IMG/VR virus record: IMGVR_UViG_3300028888_000068
DNA: 20,000 nt
DNA from: an uncultured virus (IMG/VR IMGVR_UViG_3300028888_000068)
Taxonomy: Duplodnaviria > Heunggongvirae > Uroviricota > Caudoviricetes
Direction: 5' to 3' (one strand)
Below, piece by piece: positions 1 through 7,607 of this stretch (position 1 is the first letter of the stretch; each line of letters begins with the position of its first letter). Below the pieces are notes generated by a model. The model saw only the letters and a program-made list of their open reading frames with translations. It was not told the DNA's origin and ran no database searches. The position numbers and the translations under genes were made by a program.

Positions 1-415
1 CGATTGTCTCAACACGAGCTCTGTTTTCAGCTTCAACAGCTTCTTTCTCTTTTTGAGCTCTAGTAAACTGAAGCTTTAAAACTCTCAGTTCCTCCTCCTG
101 CAGGTAAATAAGATTTTTTCTTACAATTGCCTGCTGGACTGTCATTTCTTTGCCTCCAATCTTAACTATTGTCGTTAAGTTGGATTTATCTATCTCTTCT
201 TTTAATCTGGTTATTCGATTTCTTATGGCTTCAACGCTCTGAAATTGAGCAATGGCCTTTCCTTCGAATACTTCTTTTGTGAATTGAGAGTTTGGCTGAC
301 GGAGAGCCTGACCTTTTCTAACTGCAATAAAGCTAGAACGGTTTAGCTCAGAGCCATACCGATTTTTCAACAGTTTTAATTCTGCTAATGCTCTGGTAAT
401 TGTTATCTTTGCCAT
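1..415 (-). CDS. Coiled-coil protein, resembles DIP1984/DUF6847-like family (3' end beyond window)
   Basis: Translated by hand from ATG at 415 (minus): MAKITITRALAELKLLKNRY...IDKSNLTTIVKIGGKEMTVQQAIVRK...; open to the window edge, with an A-rich leader. The family assignment is from recalled motif resemblance only. Confidence 0.8.
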   Translation of the reverse strand, partial: MAKITITRALAELKLLKNRYGSELNRSSFIAVRKGQALRQPNSQFTKEVFEGKAIAQFQSVEAIRNRITRLKEEIDKSNLTTIVKIGGKEMTVQQAIVRKNLIYLQEEELRVLKLQFTRAQKEKEAVEAENRARVETI

Positions 416-455
416 AAACTTATAAATTTTAAAGTGTTGAAATAAAATAAACGCC

Positions 456-554
456 GCCTAATTATTAAGCTTCCGATTCAAACGGAATATTGAATATACT
501 AGTAGTAGTATATCCCGGTTTGTCCCTCTTAAGCCTAGTCCATAATAATTAAGC
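456..554 (-). ncRNA. tRNA-like structured RNA or degenerate tRNA
   Basis: 12-bp terminal stem (456-467/543-554; the mismatch becomes G-U on the minus strand), T-arm-like TTCCG-TTTGAAT-CGGAA (471-487), and an 8-bp hairpin at 494-513. Confidence 0.45.
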
Positions 555-761
555 GAAAATCTAATTTATTATGGTTTTTGTTTGTCTAGAAAATAGTTAA
601 TTTAAAATGCACCTTATGAATCAGAACTTCGGCCCTATAATAACGACCTACTTTCTCCCGAAGATATCTCTTCTCGGTTCTAGTATTCTGGGATACATTA
701 CGTATACCAGAAGGGTTCATAATGTATATAATATATGAATTTTAATGTCTTGAAAAGAATG

Positions 762-860
762 GGAGCGAATGGGCTGGCCGGGAGTTGGTTCCCTACATAC
801 TTTGCCGTTGGCGAGGAGAAAGGTATGTTTAAGGTTGGGACCAGCCCAAGTTATCGCTCC
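762..860 (-). ncRNA. GC-rich multi-stem putative small RNA
   Basis: Nested stems GGAGCGA/TCGCTCC (762-768/854-860), TGGGCTGG/CCAGCCCA (770-777/841-848) and ACATACTTT/AAAGGTATGT (795-803/819-828); minus-strand promoter motif at 889-898. Confidence 0.55.
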
Positions 861-942
861 TTAGGTTTTGTGTTGAAAGTTTTTAATTCATTTATAAGAG
901 TATGAGGGCCGTGAAGTCTGCTCCTGTTTTTAGGGGGTACCA

Positions 943-1035
943 AGCGGATATAGCAGGCTTGGCCAAGACGATGATGATTCCCACAAAGGCCGCAACGATG
1001 ATGATGAGCCTGCTAGAAACCAATACTGTTCCGCT
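943..1035 (-). ncRNA. Putative small RNA with two AUCAUCAUCGU loop repeats
   Basis: Stems AGCGGA/TCCGCT (943-948/1030-1035) and TAGCAGGCT/AGCCTGCTA (951-959/1007-1015); 11-nt direct repeats at 968-978 and 995-1005; minus-strand promoter motif at 1069-1078. Confidence 0.5.
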
Positions 1036-1111
1036 AAAAATATCGCGGCCCTATTCATACTCAGTTCTCATTTATAAGAATTTGAGGGTTTCTTAGTTAC
1101 CCTCTTTTTTG

Positions 1112-1182
1112 TTGAGATGTAGCGATTCGAACGCTAACTAAGGGAACCAAAATCCCTGGTGCTACCATTACACCACATCTCA
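1112..1182 (-). tRNA. trnQ: tRNA-Gln(UUG)
   Basis: Cloverleaf TGAGATG-TG-GTGT-AATGGTA-GCAC-C-AGGGA-TTTTGGT-TCCCT-TAGT-TAGCG-TTCGAAT-CGCTA-CATCTCA-A; no encoded CCA. Confidence 0.95.
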
Positions 1183-1265
1183 ATTCCATTTATAAGAATT
1201 TAAGGGCCTCGTAGTTTCCCTTTTATTTCTCTTTAAAGCCTTATAGATGAAAACCAATACATGAT

Positions 1266-1475
1266 ATGAAAGAATTAATTTTAATGCGCCTTGCGGCTAC
1301 TAAAATTAAGCTTATAACGGCGCGGGAAAAGTTGGTTGCTGATTTCAATGAGATTGAAAAGCAACTAGAAGTTCTTGAAAAGAGAATTGCTAATGCTGAG
1401 AGCGCTGAGGAGATCTCCAACGCGCTTGGAACGGCTATTCAATTCTTAGATTCTTATGAAAAGAAGGGAAACTAG
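1266..1475 (+). CDS. Small hypothetical coiled-coil protein
   Basis: 69-aa ORF with promoter motif at 1240-1249 and a terminator hairpin overlapping the stop. Confidence 0.8.
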   Translation: MKELILMRLAATKIKLITAREKLVADFNEIEKQLEVLEKRIANAESAEEISNALGTAIQFLDSYEKKGN

Positions 1476-1487
1476 CCCTTCTTTTTT
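1462..1487 (+). terminator. Rho-independent terminator
   Basis: AAGAAGGG-aaactag-CCCTTCTT followed by a T tract. Confidence 0.7.
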
Positions 1488-1592
1488 ATTCCCTTCTATA
1501 TCCCTTCAAAACCTTATATATGTAGAAGATACCTAAAGACTAAGACTGACGCTTTGGGTATTTTATGTCTTTAGTCAGTCAAGAATTAAGAT

Positions 1593-1778
1593 ATGGAATT
1601 TTTTGCTATATTGGCATGGCTTGGGAAAGTCATTGCCATGTTCGCCGCATTGGCGATCCTGGTCCTGGTCATTATGGCCTGGGCTGGGAATACAATGAAA
1701 AAGTCCCGGGAAGCCCGGGAAAAGTCTAACTCCGTCCTGCAGAAGTGTGGGCGCGGTGACATCCGGATTCAGAAATGA
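1593..1778 (+). CDS. Small single-pass membrane protein
   Basis: 61 aa with hydrophobic N-terminus and basic tail; promoter motif at 1513-1522; ATCCGGAT hairpin plus T tract at the stop. Confidence 0.75.
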   Translation: MEFFAILAWLGKVIAMFAALAILVLVIMAWAGNTMKKSREAREKSNSVLQKCGRGDIRIQK

Positions 1779-1881
1779 TCCGGATTTTTATTTCCCCCAA
1801 AGCCTTATATATGTAGAGGAGCTAAATTTTATTATATAGCCAGGCCTCTACATTTTGTAAACTACTAAAACCAAACCTACT

Positions 1882-2016
1882 ATGAGCAACATAGAAACTG
1901 TTGTATTGGTGATTACTGGGTCTCTTGGACTTATGTACATCACCTACATATCTGGGCTCATTGTAATCTCTTTATTCAAGGGATTTTTGACGAGCCTGAA
2001 GAAATGGGGAAAGTGA
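1882..2016 (+). CDS. Small hydrophobic membrane peptide (44 aa)
   Basis: Translated by hand: MSNIETVVLVITGSLGLMYITYISGLIVISLFKGFLTSLKKWGK; A-rich leader; promoter motif at 1804-1813. Below the ORF-track size cutoff. Confidence 0.7.
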   Translation: MSNIETVVLVITGSLGLMYITYISGLIVISLFKGFLTSLKKWGK

Positions 2017-2048
2017 AAACTTTCTTCATTTTTTTATCCTCTCAAATT

Positions 2049-2128
2049 CTTATATATGACTTTTTAACGTCTTGTTTGACATCGGTGCTAGAGAATATCT
2101 GGGGAGGTATCTCTAGCACTATTTTCTT
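2049..2128 (+). ncRNA. ORF-less micro-transcription unit A (putative sRNA)
   Basis: Motif CTTATATATG at 2049-2058, about 26-nt body, hairpin GTGCTAGAGA...TCTCTAGCAC at 2085-2119, T-rich tail. Confidence 0.55.
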
Positions 2129-2144
2129 TGTCTCCTTCTAATTC

Positions 2145-2223
2145 CTTATAAATGAATTTAGCTTATTCATATTTGGTATTAGGAAGGGTAGTCCTCGGTT
2201 GCAAAACTGGGGGCTACTTTATT
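2145..2223 (+). ncRNA. ORF-less micro-transcription unit B (putative sRNA)
   Basis: Motif CTTATAAATG at 2145-2154, about 30-nt body, GCAA-capped hairpin at 2186-2219. Confidence 0.55.
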
Positions 2224-2265
2224 GATAATGATAAAAAAGAAGGAAAATAGCTTCCTTCTTTATTT

Positions 2266-2433
2266 TCATAGCGGGACAATTATATATTCTAATTCATTGA
2301 GGTCTCCGATATCAAAAGCTTCGGATTCTGCTTTTCTTTTTGCTCGTTCGGCCTCTCTTTTAGAATTATAAGTTCCTACCAACATGCCGTTTTCTAAAAG
2401 TCCCCACGGCTCATACTTTTCTTCTTTTGCCAT
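2266..2433 (-). CDS. Hypothetical protein (probable start MAKEEKYEPW at 2433)
   Basis: Part of the 2266..2496 ORF; the internal ATG gives only a short overlap with the upstream gene; terminator hairpin at about 2235-2262. Confidence 0.65.
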   Translation of the reverse strand: MAKEEKYEPWGLLENGMLVGTYNSKREAERAKRKAESEAFDIGDLNELEYIIVPL

Positions 2434-3043
2434 CTTCTTTATCTTTTCTAAAACTCGTCTTCTTGTCGAACCCATGACTCTCGGCCTTTTCTTCATCGGT
2501 TCTTGAATCTGTTATTACCGGCTCTTTCATTTTCAGGAGATAGTTATAAATTCCGTTCCATATTTCTTGAGCCGAGAGAAATCCGATGAGAGGGAGGCCG
2601 ACCAGGATAGGGTTCTTCACATAATCCCAAGAATCCCATCGTGAACCAGTCTCTCGATAAGCTAAGACGAGAGGAGCCTGTGGAGATATTAGTTCTTTAT
2701 CAACTCCATAATAAGGATCGGATACCCACCAAGGCATCCAACTCTTTTTCTTCTGATTCTTTAATTCTCCATCCATATCGTATTCCTCAACGGTGAATTT
2801 TATATTATCACCGTCATAATCTCTATTGACAAGGAACCTCTTTTTATAATCTTCGCCTGCCTGAATATATAAGTAGTAATTTCGGCTAGGCTCATTTTTA
2901 AGAGAGTTGAATGGCCTATGGTATCCGTCAAGCTCTTTTCTTGCTACAACGGAATTTCTTCTATCATATACTACATACTCATCTATGCCATTTATTCCGG
3001 CAAGATAATCGTAAAAATCTTTTTTGTTATCTATTATTTTCAT
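2411..3043 (-). CDS. Hypothetical phage protein (210 aa)
   Basis: Long ORF with protein-like composition; minus-strand motif variant CTTATTGATG (3046-3055) lies 2 nt before the ATG. Confidence 0.9.
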   Translation of the reverse strand: MKIIDNKKDFYDYLAGINGIDEYVVYDRRNSVVARKELDGYHRPFNSLKNEPSRNYYLYIQAGEDYKKRFLVNRDYDGDNIKFTVEEYDMDGELKNQKKKSWMPWWVSDPYYGVDKELISPQAPLVLAYRETGSRWDSWDYVKNPILVGLPLIGFLSAQEIWNGIYNYLLKMKEPVITDSRTDEEKAESHGFDKKTSFRKDKEDGKRRKV

Positions 3044-3065
3044 ATCATCAATAAGGCTTTAATCC

Positions 3066-3136
3066 CTTATATATAAGTTTCATATAATGATAGGTTTTAA
3101 GTCCGGCTATTGTGATAATACCCGGGCTTTTTTATT
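3066..3136 (+). ncRNA. ORF-less micro-transcription unit C (putative sRNA)
   Basis: Motif variant CTTATATATA at 3066-3075, 24-nt body, hairpin AGTCCGG...CCGGGCT at 3100-3128, T tract. Confidence 0.5.
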
Positions 3137-3161
3137 TATACCGCCCAGGAAGCCTTAATTC

Positions 3162-3272
3162 CTTATATATGTAGGTTTAGGTTTTAGTACACAACGGGCC
3201 GACAAACTATTAAAAAGATCTGATTTATGTCGGCCCTTAATTATTAACTAAAACCTAGGAAAACTATTTTTT
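3162..3272 (+). ncRNA. ORF-less long-hairpin unit D (putative sRNA)
   Basis: Motif at 3162-3171; stems TAGGTTTTAGT/ACTAAAACCTA and GGGCCGACA/TGTCGGCCC; T tract at about 3267-3273. Confidence 0.5.
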
Positions 3273-3287
3273 TCGTCCTATTAAATC

Positions 3288-3359
3288 CTTATATATGAAA
3301 TTTTCATGTAGTTACATTTGCCGGAGTCCAGTTGTTGCGAAACACCTGGGCTTTTATTT
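3288..3359 (+). ncRNA. ORF-less micro-transcription unit E (putative sRNA)
   Basis: Motif at 3288-3297, 27-nt body, GCGA-capped hairpin AGTCCAG...CTGGGCT at 3325-3352, T tract. Confidence 0.55.
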
Positions 3360-3379
3360 GTCCCTTTAAATTCTTATAT

Positions 3380-3622
3380 ATGAAAATGACAAATATTGAA
3401 AAAAGAACTTTAAAAAGAAATCGAAGAGTACGAAAAAAGTATTTTAAGATTTTTTATAAAGACGTAAAAAGAGCACTAGCAACAGATTATCCAAAAACTG
3501 AAAATGGAGACTTATTTAAAAGTCTAGAGATACTTGCAGATAACCCGGTGCTACTGTTCAAAGCGGACATGGAAGAGAAGCATCATGTTGCAGAGGTAGT
3601 TTTGGTAGATTCATTAAGTTGA
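3380..3622 (+). CDS. Hypothetical basic protein (start at 3380 or 3386)
   Basis: The ORF-track start at 3332 lies inside a terminator hairpin; the in-frame ATGs coincide with or follow the promoter motif at 3373-3382. Confidence 0.7.
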   Translation: MKMTNIEKRTLKRNRRVRKKYFKIFYKDVKRALATDYPKTENGDLFKSLEILADNPVLLFKADMEEKHHVAEVVLVDSLS

Positions 3623-3745
3623 AAAATCCAGAGACCTGTGTAAAATATAAAGTCAATCAAGCAGTTGCAGAATGGATTGACAGCTGTGATGACATGGCAA
3701 AACAAAATACAGTAAGTTTAACACTTTATTTAAATAGCATTTAAT

Positions 3746-4279
3746 ATGGATCCAACTGAAGCTACTGTAAATCAGTCTAAAACAGAAAACAAGTCTGACT
3801 GGTCTTTCCTGAAAGTACTTGTGGACAGAAATGAGCCGAAAGTTCATTTTGGCTCTCCTAAATTTACCCAATATTCTTACGTCGACAAAACAGACGGAAG
3901 AAAAAGAATCGTGGTAAAATGTGAAATGGAGTCTCAGCTAGTCCTTCCTGAGGGTTTTTTCAGGGATGATGAAATGGGAACAGAAGAGTTCATTCATTAT
4001 CCTTCGGTAAAAGTCATCAAGACTACTGGTAAGGCAATCTGCGACGAAAGAGACGAAGAAAATTTCAGCCTAACTCTTGGCATGAGAGTTTCTCGTGTTC
4101 GTGCAGAAAAGAGGGCGTTCGAAAGACATGCCAAAGCCCTTGAAGCTAGAATGACTAAACTTCTTGATTTCTATCACAACTCTCTAGACAGTTTCATGGC
4201 AAAAGCTGACAAAGTCCTAGCTGATGAGATTATCTGGGAAGAGAAGAAGAAAGAAGAAACGCCGTCAGAAGAGAAGTAA
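3746..4279 (+). CDS. Hypothetical phage protein (177 aa)
   Basis: Clean ORF; contains TGKAICDERDEENFSLTLGMRVSRVRA, similar to the G.A.C...D.F....G..IA..RA pattern seen in phage hypothetical proteins; followed by hairpin GGCTAGG...CCTAGCC. Confidence 0.88.
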   Translation: MDPTEATVNQSKTENKSDWSFLKVLVDRNEPKVHFGSPKFTQYSYVDKTDGRKRIVVKCEMESQLVLPEGFFRDDEMGTEEFIHYPSVKVIKTTGKAICDERDEENFSLTLGMRVSRVRAEKRAFERHAKALEARMTKLLDFYHNSLDSFMAKADKVLADEIIWEEKKKEETPSEEK

Positions 4280-4323
4280 AACTTGGGGCTAGGTAAAAAT
4301 TCCTAGCCTCTAATTTATAAAAT

Positions 4324-5076
4324 ATGAGAAAATTACTTCTTATTATAGACCCTCAATATGATTTTGTAAATCCTTACGGGTCTTTATTCGTTAATGGGGC
4401 TCCAGAAGCTATAAAGAATATTGCATCTTATATAAGAAAGCATGGAGAAGATCTTTCCGGAATAGCAGTAACTATGGATACTCACCATAAGTATCATATT
4501 GCTAATCCTGGATATTGGAGCCCTAGACCAAAGCCATTTACCAGAATAACTGCGGAAGACGTCGCTTCTGGAAAATTTAGGCCAATTAAGGAAGAGTATA
4601 GGGAGACTACTAAAAGTTATTTAGCCTCTATTGACGGAATAACAATCTGGCCAGAACATTGTCTGGAAGGTTCTCCTGGTTGGGCAATGCCTCGTGAGCT
4701 TTCTGAGGCTATTCATGAGTGGGAGCTTCAAACAGAGCCGGTAGAGTTTGCAGAATACTATCAAAAAGGAACAAATCCTACTTTTGAAGCATTCTCATTA
4801 TTCACAGAGGCTCCAGGAATGGAAGGTTACCGGCCCTATGCAGACATCAATGTATTCTCAGACTATGATAAAATTGTAGTTTGCGGTTTTGCAAAAGATG
4901 TCTGTGTAGCAAATACAGTTATGGATATGCTTAGAGATGGAGAAGAATATTACAGAGATAAGCTAATGTTCTTTGAAGATGGAATGGCTAGCATTGATCC
5001 AGAAAGTCCTATGAACCAGGTATTTCAGGATGCTATTCTGCAGTTTGGTGCTGAATTAGAAGTTGATATAAATTAA
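4324..5076 (+). CDS. pncA: Nicotinamidase (isochorismatase/cysteine hydrolase family)
   Basis: LLIIDPQYDF (catalytic Asp), DTH metal ligands, WPEHC, QKG (Lys), VCGFAKDVC (Cys nucleophile); neighbours pncB. Confidence 0.9.
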   Translation: MRKLLLIIDPQYDFVNPYGSLFVNGAPEAIKNIASYIRKHGEDLSGIAVTMDTHHKYHIANPGYWSPRPKPFTRITAEDVASGKFRPIKEEYRETTKSYLASIDGITIWPEHCLEGSPGWAMPRELSEAIHEWELQTEPVEFAEYYQKGTNPTFEAFSLFTEAPGMEGYRPYADINVFSDYDKIVVCGFAKDVCVANTVMDMLRDGEEYYRDKLMFFEDGMASIDPESPMNQVFQDAILQFGAELEVDIN

Positions 5077-5137
5077 AAACAATAAAGGCAGAAAAATAAA
5101 CTGCCTTTCTCTTTCCTCGCTTTTCCTTATATATGTT

Positions 5138-5575
5138 ATGTATATACTAGTAAATAAGAAACCAGTTGATGTATTTAAAATAGATGCCGTATCTTCAATT
5201 ATTCCGTTAGATATGAAAAGGTATAGAGCAGCGGTTAATTATCTTGAAGATCCTACTTTTGAAGGATTTCGTAAGAGGAAGATACAAGCAGATAAAAAGA
5301 AATCACAAAATATAGTAGAAAACATTATTAAATATATGATTAATGATGTTAGACACGAAGACTATAAAACGATGACAGGATATATTCCTACTAAATTTTC
5401 CGATGATTATGAGAAAAAGAATCTTGGATACTACTTTTGTATATCGCCGGGAAAGGATGAAGACTATATTTGTTCTAGAATATACAAAACAGAAGCAGAA
5501 GCAGAGAAAAACTTAAAAGATTTTCTTGAGCTTATAAATACCGTTAGAAGCATAGTATCTGAAATTACTATTTAG
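5138..5575 (+). CDS. Hypothetical protein (145 aa)
   Basis: ORF begins 2 nt after the promoter motif at 5126-5135. Confidence 0.85.
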   Translation: MYILVNKKPVDVFKIDAVSSIIPLDMKRYRAAVNYLEDPTFEGFRKRKIQADKKKSQNIVENIIKYMINDVRHEDYKTMTGYIPTKFSDDYEKKNLGYYFCISPGKDEDYICSRIYKTEAEAEKNLKDFLELINTVRSIVSEITI

Positions 5576-5638
5576 AGAGGACCTTAGAATCCTCTCTTTA
5601 AATCCTTATATATGAAAAATTATTAATTAAACACAAAA

Positions 5639-6826
5639 ATGGAAGGAATTATTAAATCAAAATTAGAAAATGACCTTTACAAATTTTCAATGAGTTATTT
5701 CTATATGATGAAATATCCCAAAGCACAAGGGATTTTTGCATTCCATGATAGAAATAATTCCACATATACGAAGGAATTTGTGGAAAGGCTTAAGAAGGAG
5801 ATACGGCTGTTTGCTGAACTAAGAATGACCAACGAAGAGTTCGAGTGGGCAGTTAAGAATATCCCGTATATCCCTAGATTTTTCTGGGAATGGTATCGTG
5901 GCTTCCAATTTGACCCTTCGGCTGTATCTATAAGCCTGGATTCCGAAAACCATCTTAAAATTTCGGCCTCTGGATATCTTTATCAGATTACTTTTTGGGA
6001 GGTTCCTATTCTCGCTATGGTGTCTGAGATTAAGAATGAACTTGAAGGAAATATCGAAAAGCTTGATGTTAACAAGTTTACTGATGCTCTAAAGAGAAAA
6101 ATCAAACTTTCTAATGACAATGGAATGAAATTTTCTCTCTTTGGAATGCGGCGGAGATTCAGTGGCCCACTGGAGGCTCAGGTAACGGATATTTGCAGTA
6201 GAGAGGCAAAATATTGTGTTGGAACATCCAACGTCTGGTTTGCTTATGTCTATCATATGAGACCAACTGGAACGCTCGCCCATGAACTTATTATGGCAGC
6301 AGGAAGTTGGTATGGTTACAGGATGGCTAACTGGAGAGTGATGGAAGATTGGTCTAGTGTCTTTGGAATTGACCTTGGAACTATGCTGATCGATACCTTT
6401 ACCTGTGATGTATTCTTCTGGAATTTCACAAGGGAACATGCTCATCTATTCTCTTCGTTGAGAATCGATTCTGGTGATGAGTATGAAATTGCTGATAAAG
6501 CTATTAAATCATATCAGAAACTTGGAATTGATCCAACTCAGAAAACTCTAATATTCTCAAACTCTCTTAATTTCCCTAAGGCACTTGCTATTCAGCAGTA
6601 TTGTGGAGATAGAATCAAGACTAGCTTTGGAATTGGAGGAAATCTTACAGCGGATGTTCCCGGAGTTAAGCCTAGCAATATCGTTATGAAGCTATCCCGC
6701 TGTAGATTGACAGAAGATATGGATTGGCGAGATTGCATTAAAATCTCAGACGATCTAGGCAAACACATGGGAAATGAGATTGAGCTAGAGAGAGCCTTAA
6801 TTGAGCTAGAAATAAAGAATCCTTAA
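5639..6826 (+). CDS. pncB: Nicotinate phosphoribosyltransferase
   Basis: ENDLYKFSM, FGMRRRFS, GTSNV, GTLAHE (phospho-His), RIDSGD, IFSNSL, FGIG, NIVMKL, KISDDLGKHMG; 395 aa. Confidence 0.96.
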   Translation: MEGIIKSKLENDLYKFSMSYFYMMKYPKAQGIFAFHDRNNSTYTKEFVERLKKEIRLFAELRMTNEEFEWAVKNIPYIPRFFWEWYRGFQFDPSAVSISLDSENHLKISASGYLYQITFWEVPILAMVSEIKNELEGNIEKLDVNKFTDALKRKIKLSNDNGMKFSLFGMRRRFSGPLEAQVTDICSREAKYCVGTSNVWFAYVYHMRPTGTLAHELIMAAGSWYGYRMANWRVMEDWSSVFGIDLGTMLIDTFTCDVFFWNFTREHAHLFSSLRIDSGDEYEIADKAIKSYQKLGIDPTQKTLIFSNSLNFPKALAIQQYCGDRIKTSFGIGGNLTADVPGVKPSNIVMKLSRCRLTEDMDWRDCIKISDDLGKHMGNEIELERALIELEIKNP

Positions 6827-6902
6827 TACAAATTCATCGTGAGCTAAGAACTAAAATTCTTAGCTCTTATTTCCTTATACATGAATTAAACATATAAAAA
6901 CA

Positions 6903-7598
6903 ATGGGAAAATTTAAAGATTTTTTGAAAAATGCTGTTTTCGAAGAAGAAAACGAGAAAGAGAAAACAGTTAAACAACAAGCCACTCCAGAACCTGAAAA
7001 GCAGACTAATTTTCGTTTAGTCGCGAGGGAGGAGAAGGCTAAGATTACAGAAACATCTTCTACTATAGAAGATGAAGATGAAGGGGAAGTTAGCGAAGCT
7101 ATTCTTGACATGCTAGAGAACGATCTAGAGCAAGAAAATATCCCCGGACCTGATTATCTTGAACTGAAAGCAGCTGCGGAAGATGAAGAAAGCATAAAGA
7201 CGGAGCCTGATGAAAGAAAAAGATATCGCCAGGCTTTCTCTAATATGAAAAGATTTTTCCCAGATGCAGGTGTCACTGAAGATCGTATTTTTGACTCTGT
7301 AGAGCACTACAAAAAGGTTCTGCAGGCCAAAGAAGCAGATGCGAAAGAAGAGCTTGAAAGAAAAATTCAGACTGAAGTTATCTCATTGCGTGACGGAATT
7401 AGCGCCGAGGAGAAAGAGCTTCAGCGTAGAGAAGAACAGATTCGTCTCGAAAGGCAAAAGCTGGAAGAGAGAAAAGCTACTATCGCAGAAAGAGAAAAGT
7501 CCCTTACTAAGAAAGGAAAAGACTTTATTAAGACTGCAGCATTTATGCAGCAAGCTCTTGACAGTGACCTCAAGAAAATCAAAGAATATCTTAAATAA
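6903..7598 (+). CDS. Acidic coiled-coil protein, first gene of the envelope/ABC operon
   Basis: 231 aa, PGPDYLE motif, long C-terminal coiled coil; promoter motif CTTATACATG at 6874-6883. Confidence 0.9.
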   Translation: MGKFKDFLKNAVFEEENEKEKTVKQQATPEPEKQTNFRLVAREEKAKITETSSTIEDEDEGEVSEAILDMLENDLEQENIPGPDYLELKAAAEDEESIKTEPDERKRYRQAFSNMKRFFPDAGVTEDRIFDSVEHYKKVLQAKEADAKEELERKIQTEVISLRDGISAEEKELQRREEQIRLERQKLEERKATIAEREKSLTKKGKDFIKTAAFMQQALDSDLKKIKEYLK

Positions 7599-7607
7599 TA
7601 AGATACT

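Larger units (their letters stand above)
889..1207 (-). promoter_or_regulatory. Three tandem minus-strand copies of the CTTATAAATG promoter-like motif (cores 889-898, 1069-1078, 1187-1196)
   Basis: Minus-strand reads: CCCTCATACTCTTATAAATG, CCCTCAAATTCTTATAAATG and CCCTTAAATTCTTATAAATG. The last ends 4 nt before tRNA-Gln. Confidence 0.75.

Noticed and set aside
762..860. Y RNA identity, from GGCUGGUCC at the minus-strand 5' stem resembling metazoan Y RNA ends
   Set aside because: The bulged-C Ro-binding helix is not completed and no Ro60/TROVE gene is in the window; probably coincidence.
891..1070. TAG recoding (genetic code 15), suggested by a minus-strand frame MRTEYE*GRDIF... that would extend through a TAG
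   Set aside because: Long genes have no in-frame TAG, several genes end in TAG followed by terminators or the next gene (1475, 5575, 12377, 13182, 16917), and no CUA suppressor tRNA is present in the window.
902..1096. 64-aa plus-strand ORF with MMM runs
   Set aside because: It spans minus-strand promoter motifs and has no plus-strand promoter; the Met runs come from the ATG repeats of the structured element.
2049..3382. CRISPR array interpretation of the recurring motif with unique intervening sequences
   Set aside because: The repeat core is only about 10 nt and degenerate, spacing is irregular, the motif also precedes ordinary genes, and no cas genes are present.
3653..3871. 72-aa minus-strand ORF
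   Set aside because: Overlaps the 177-aa plus-strand gene and has no supporting signals.
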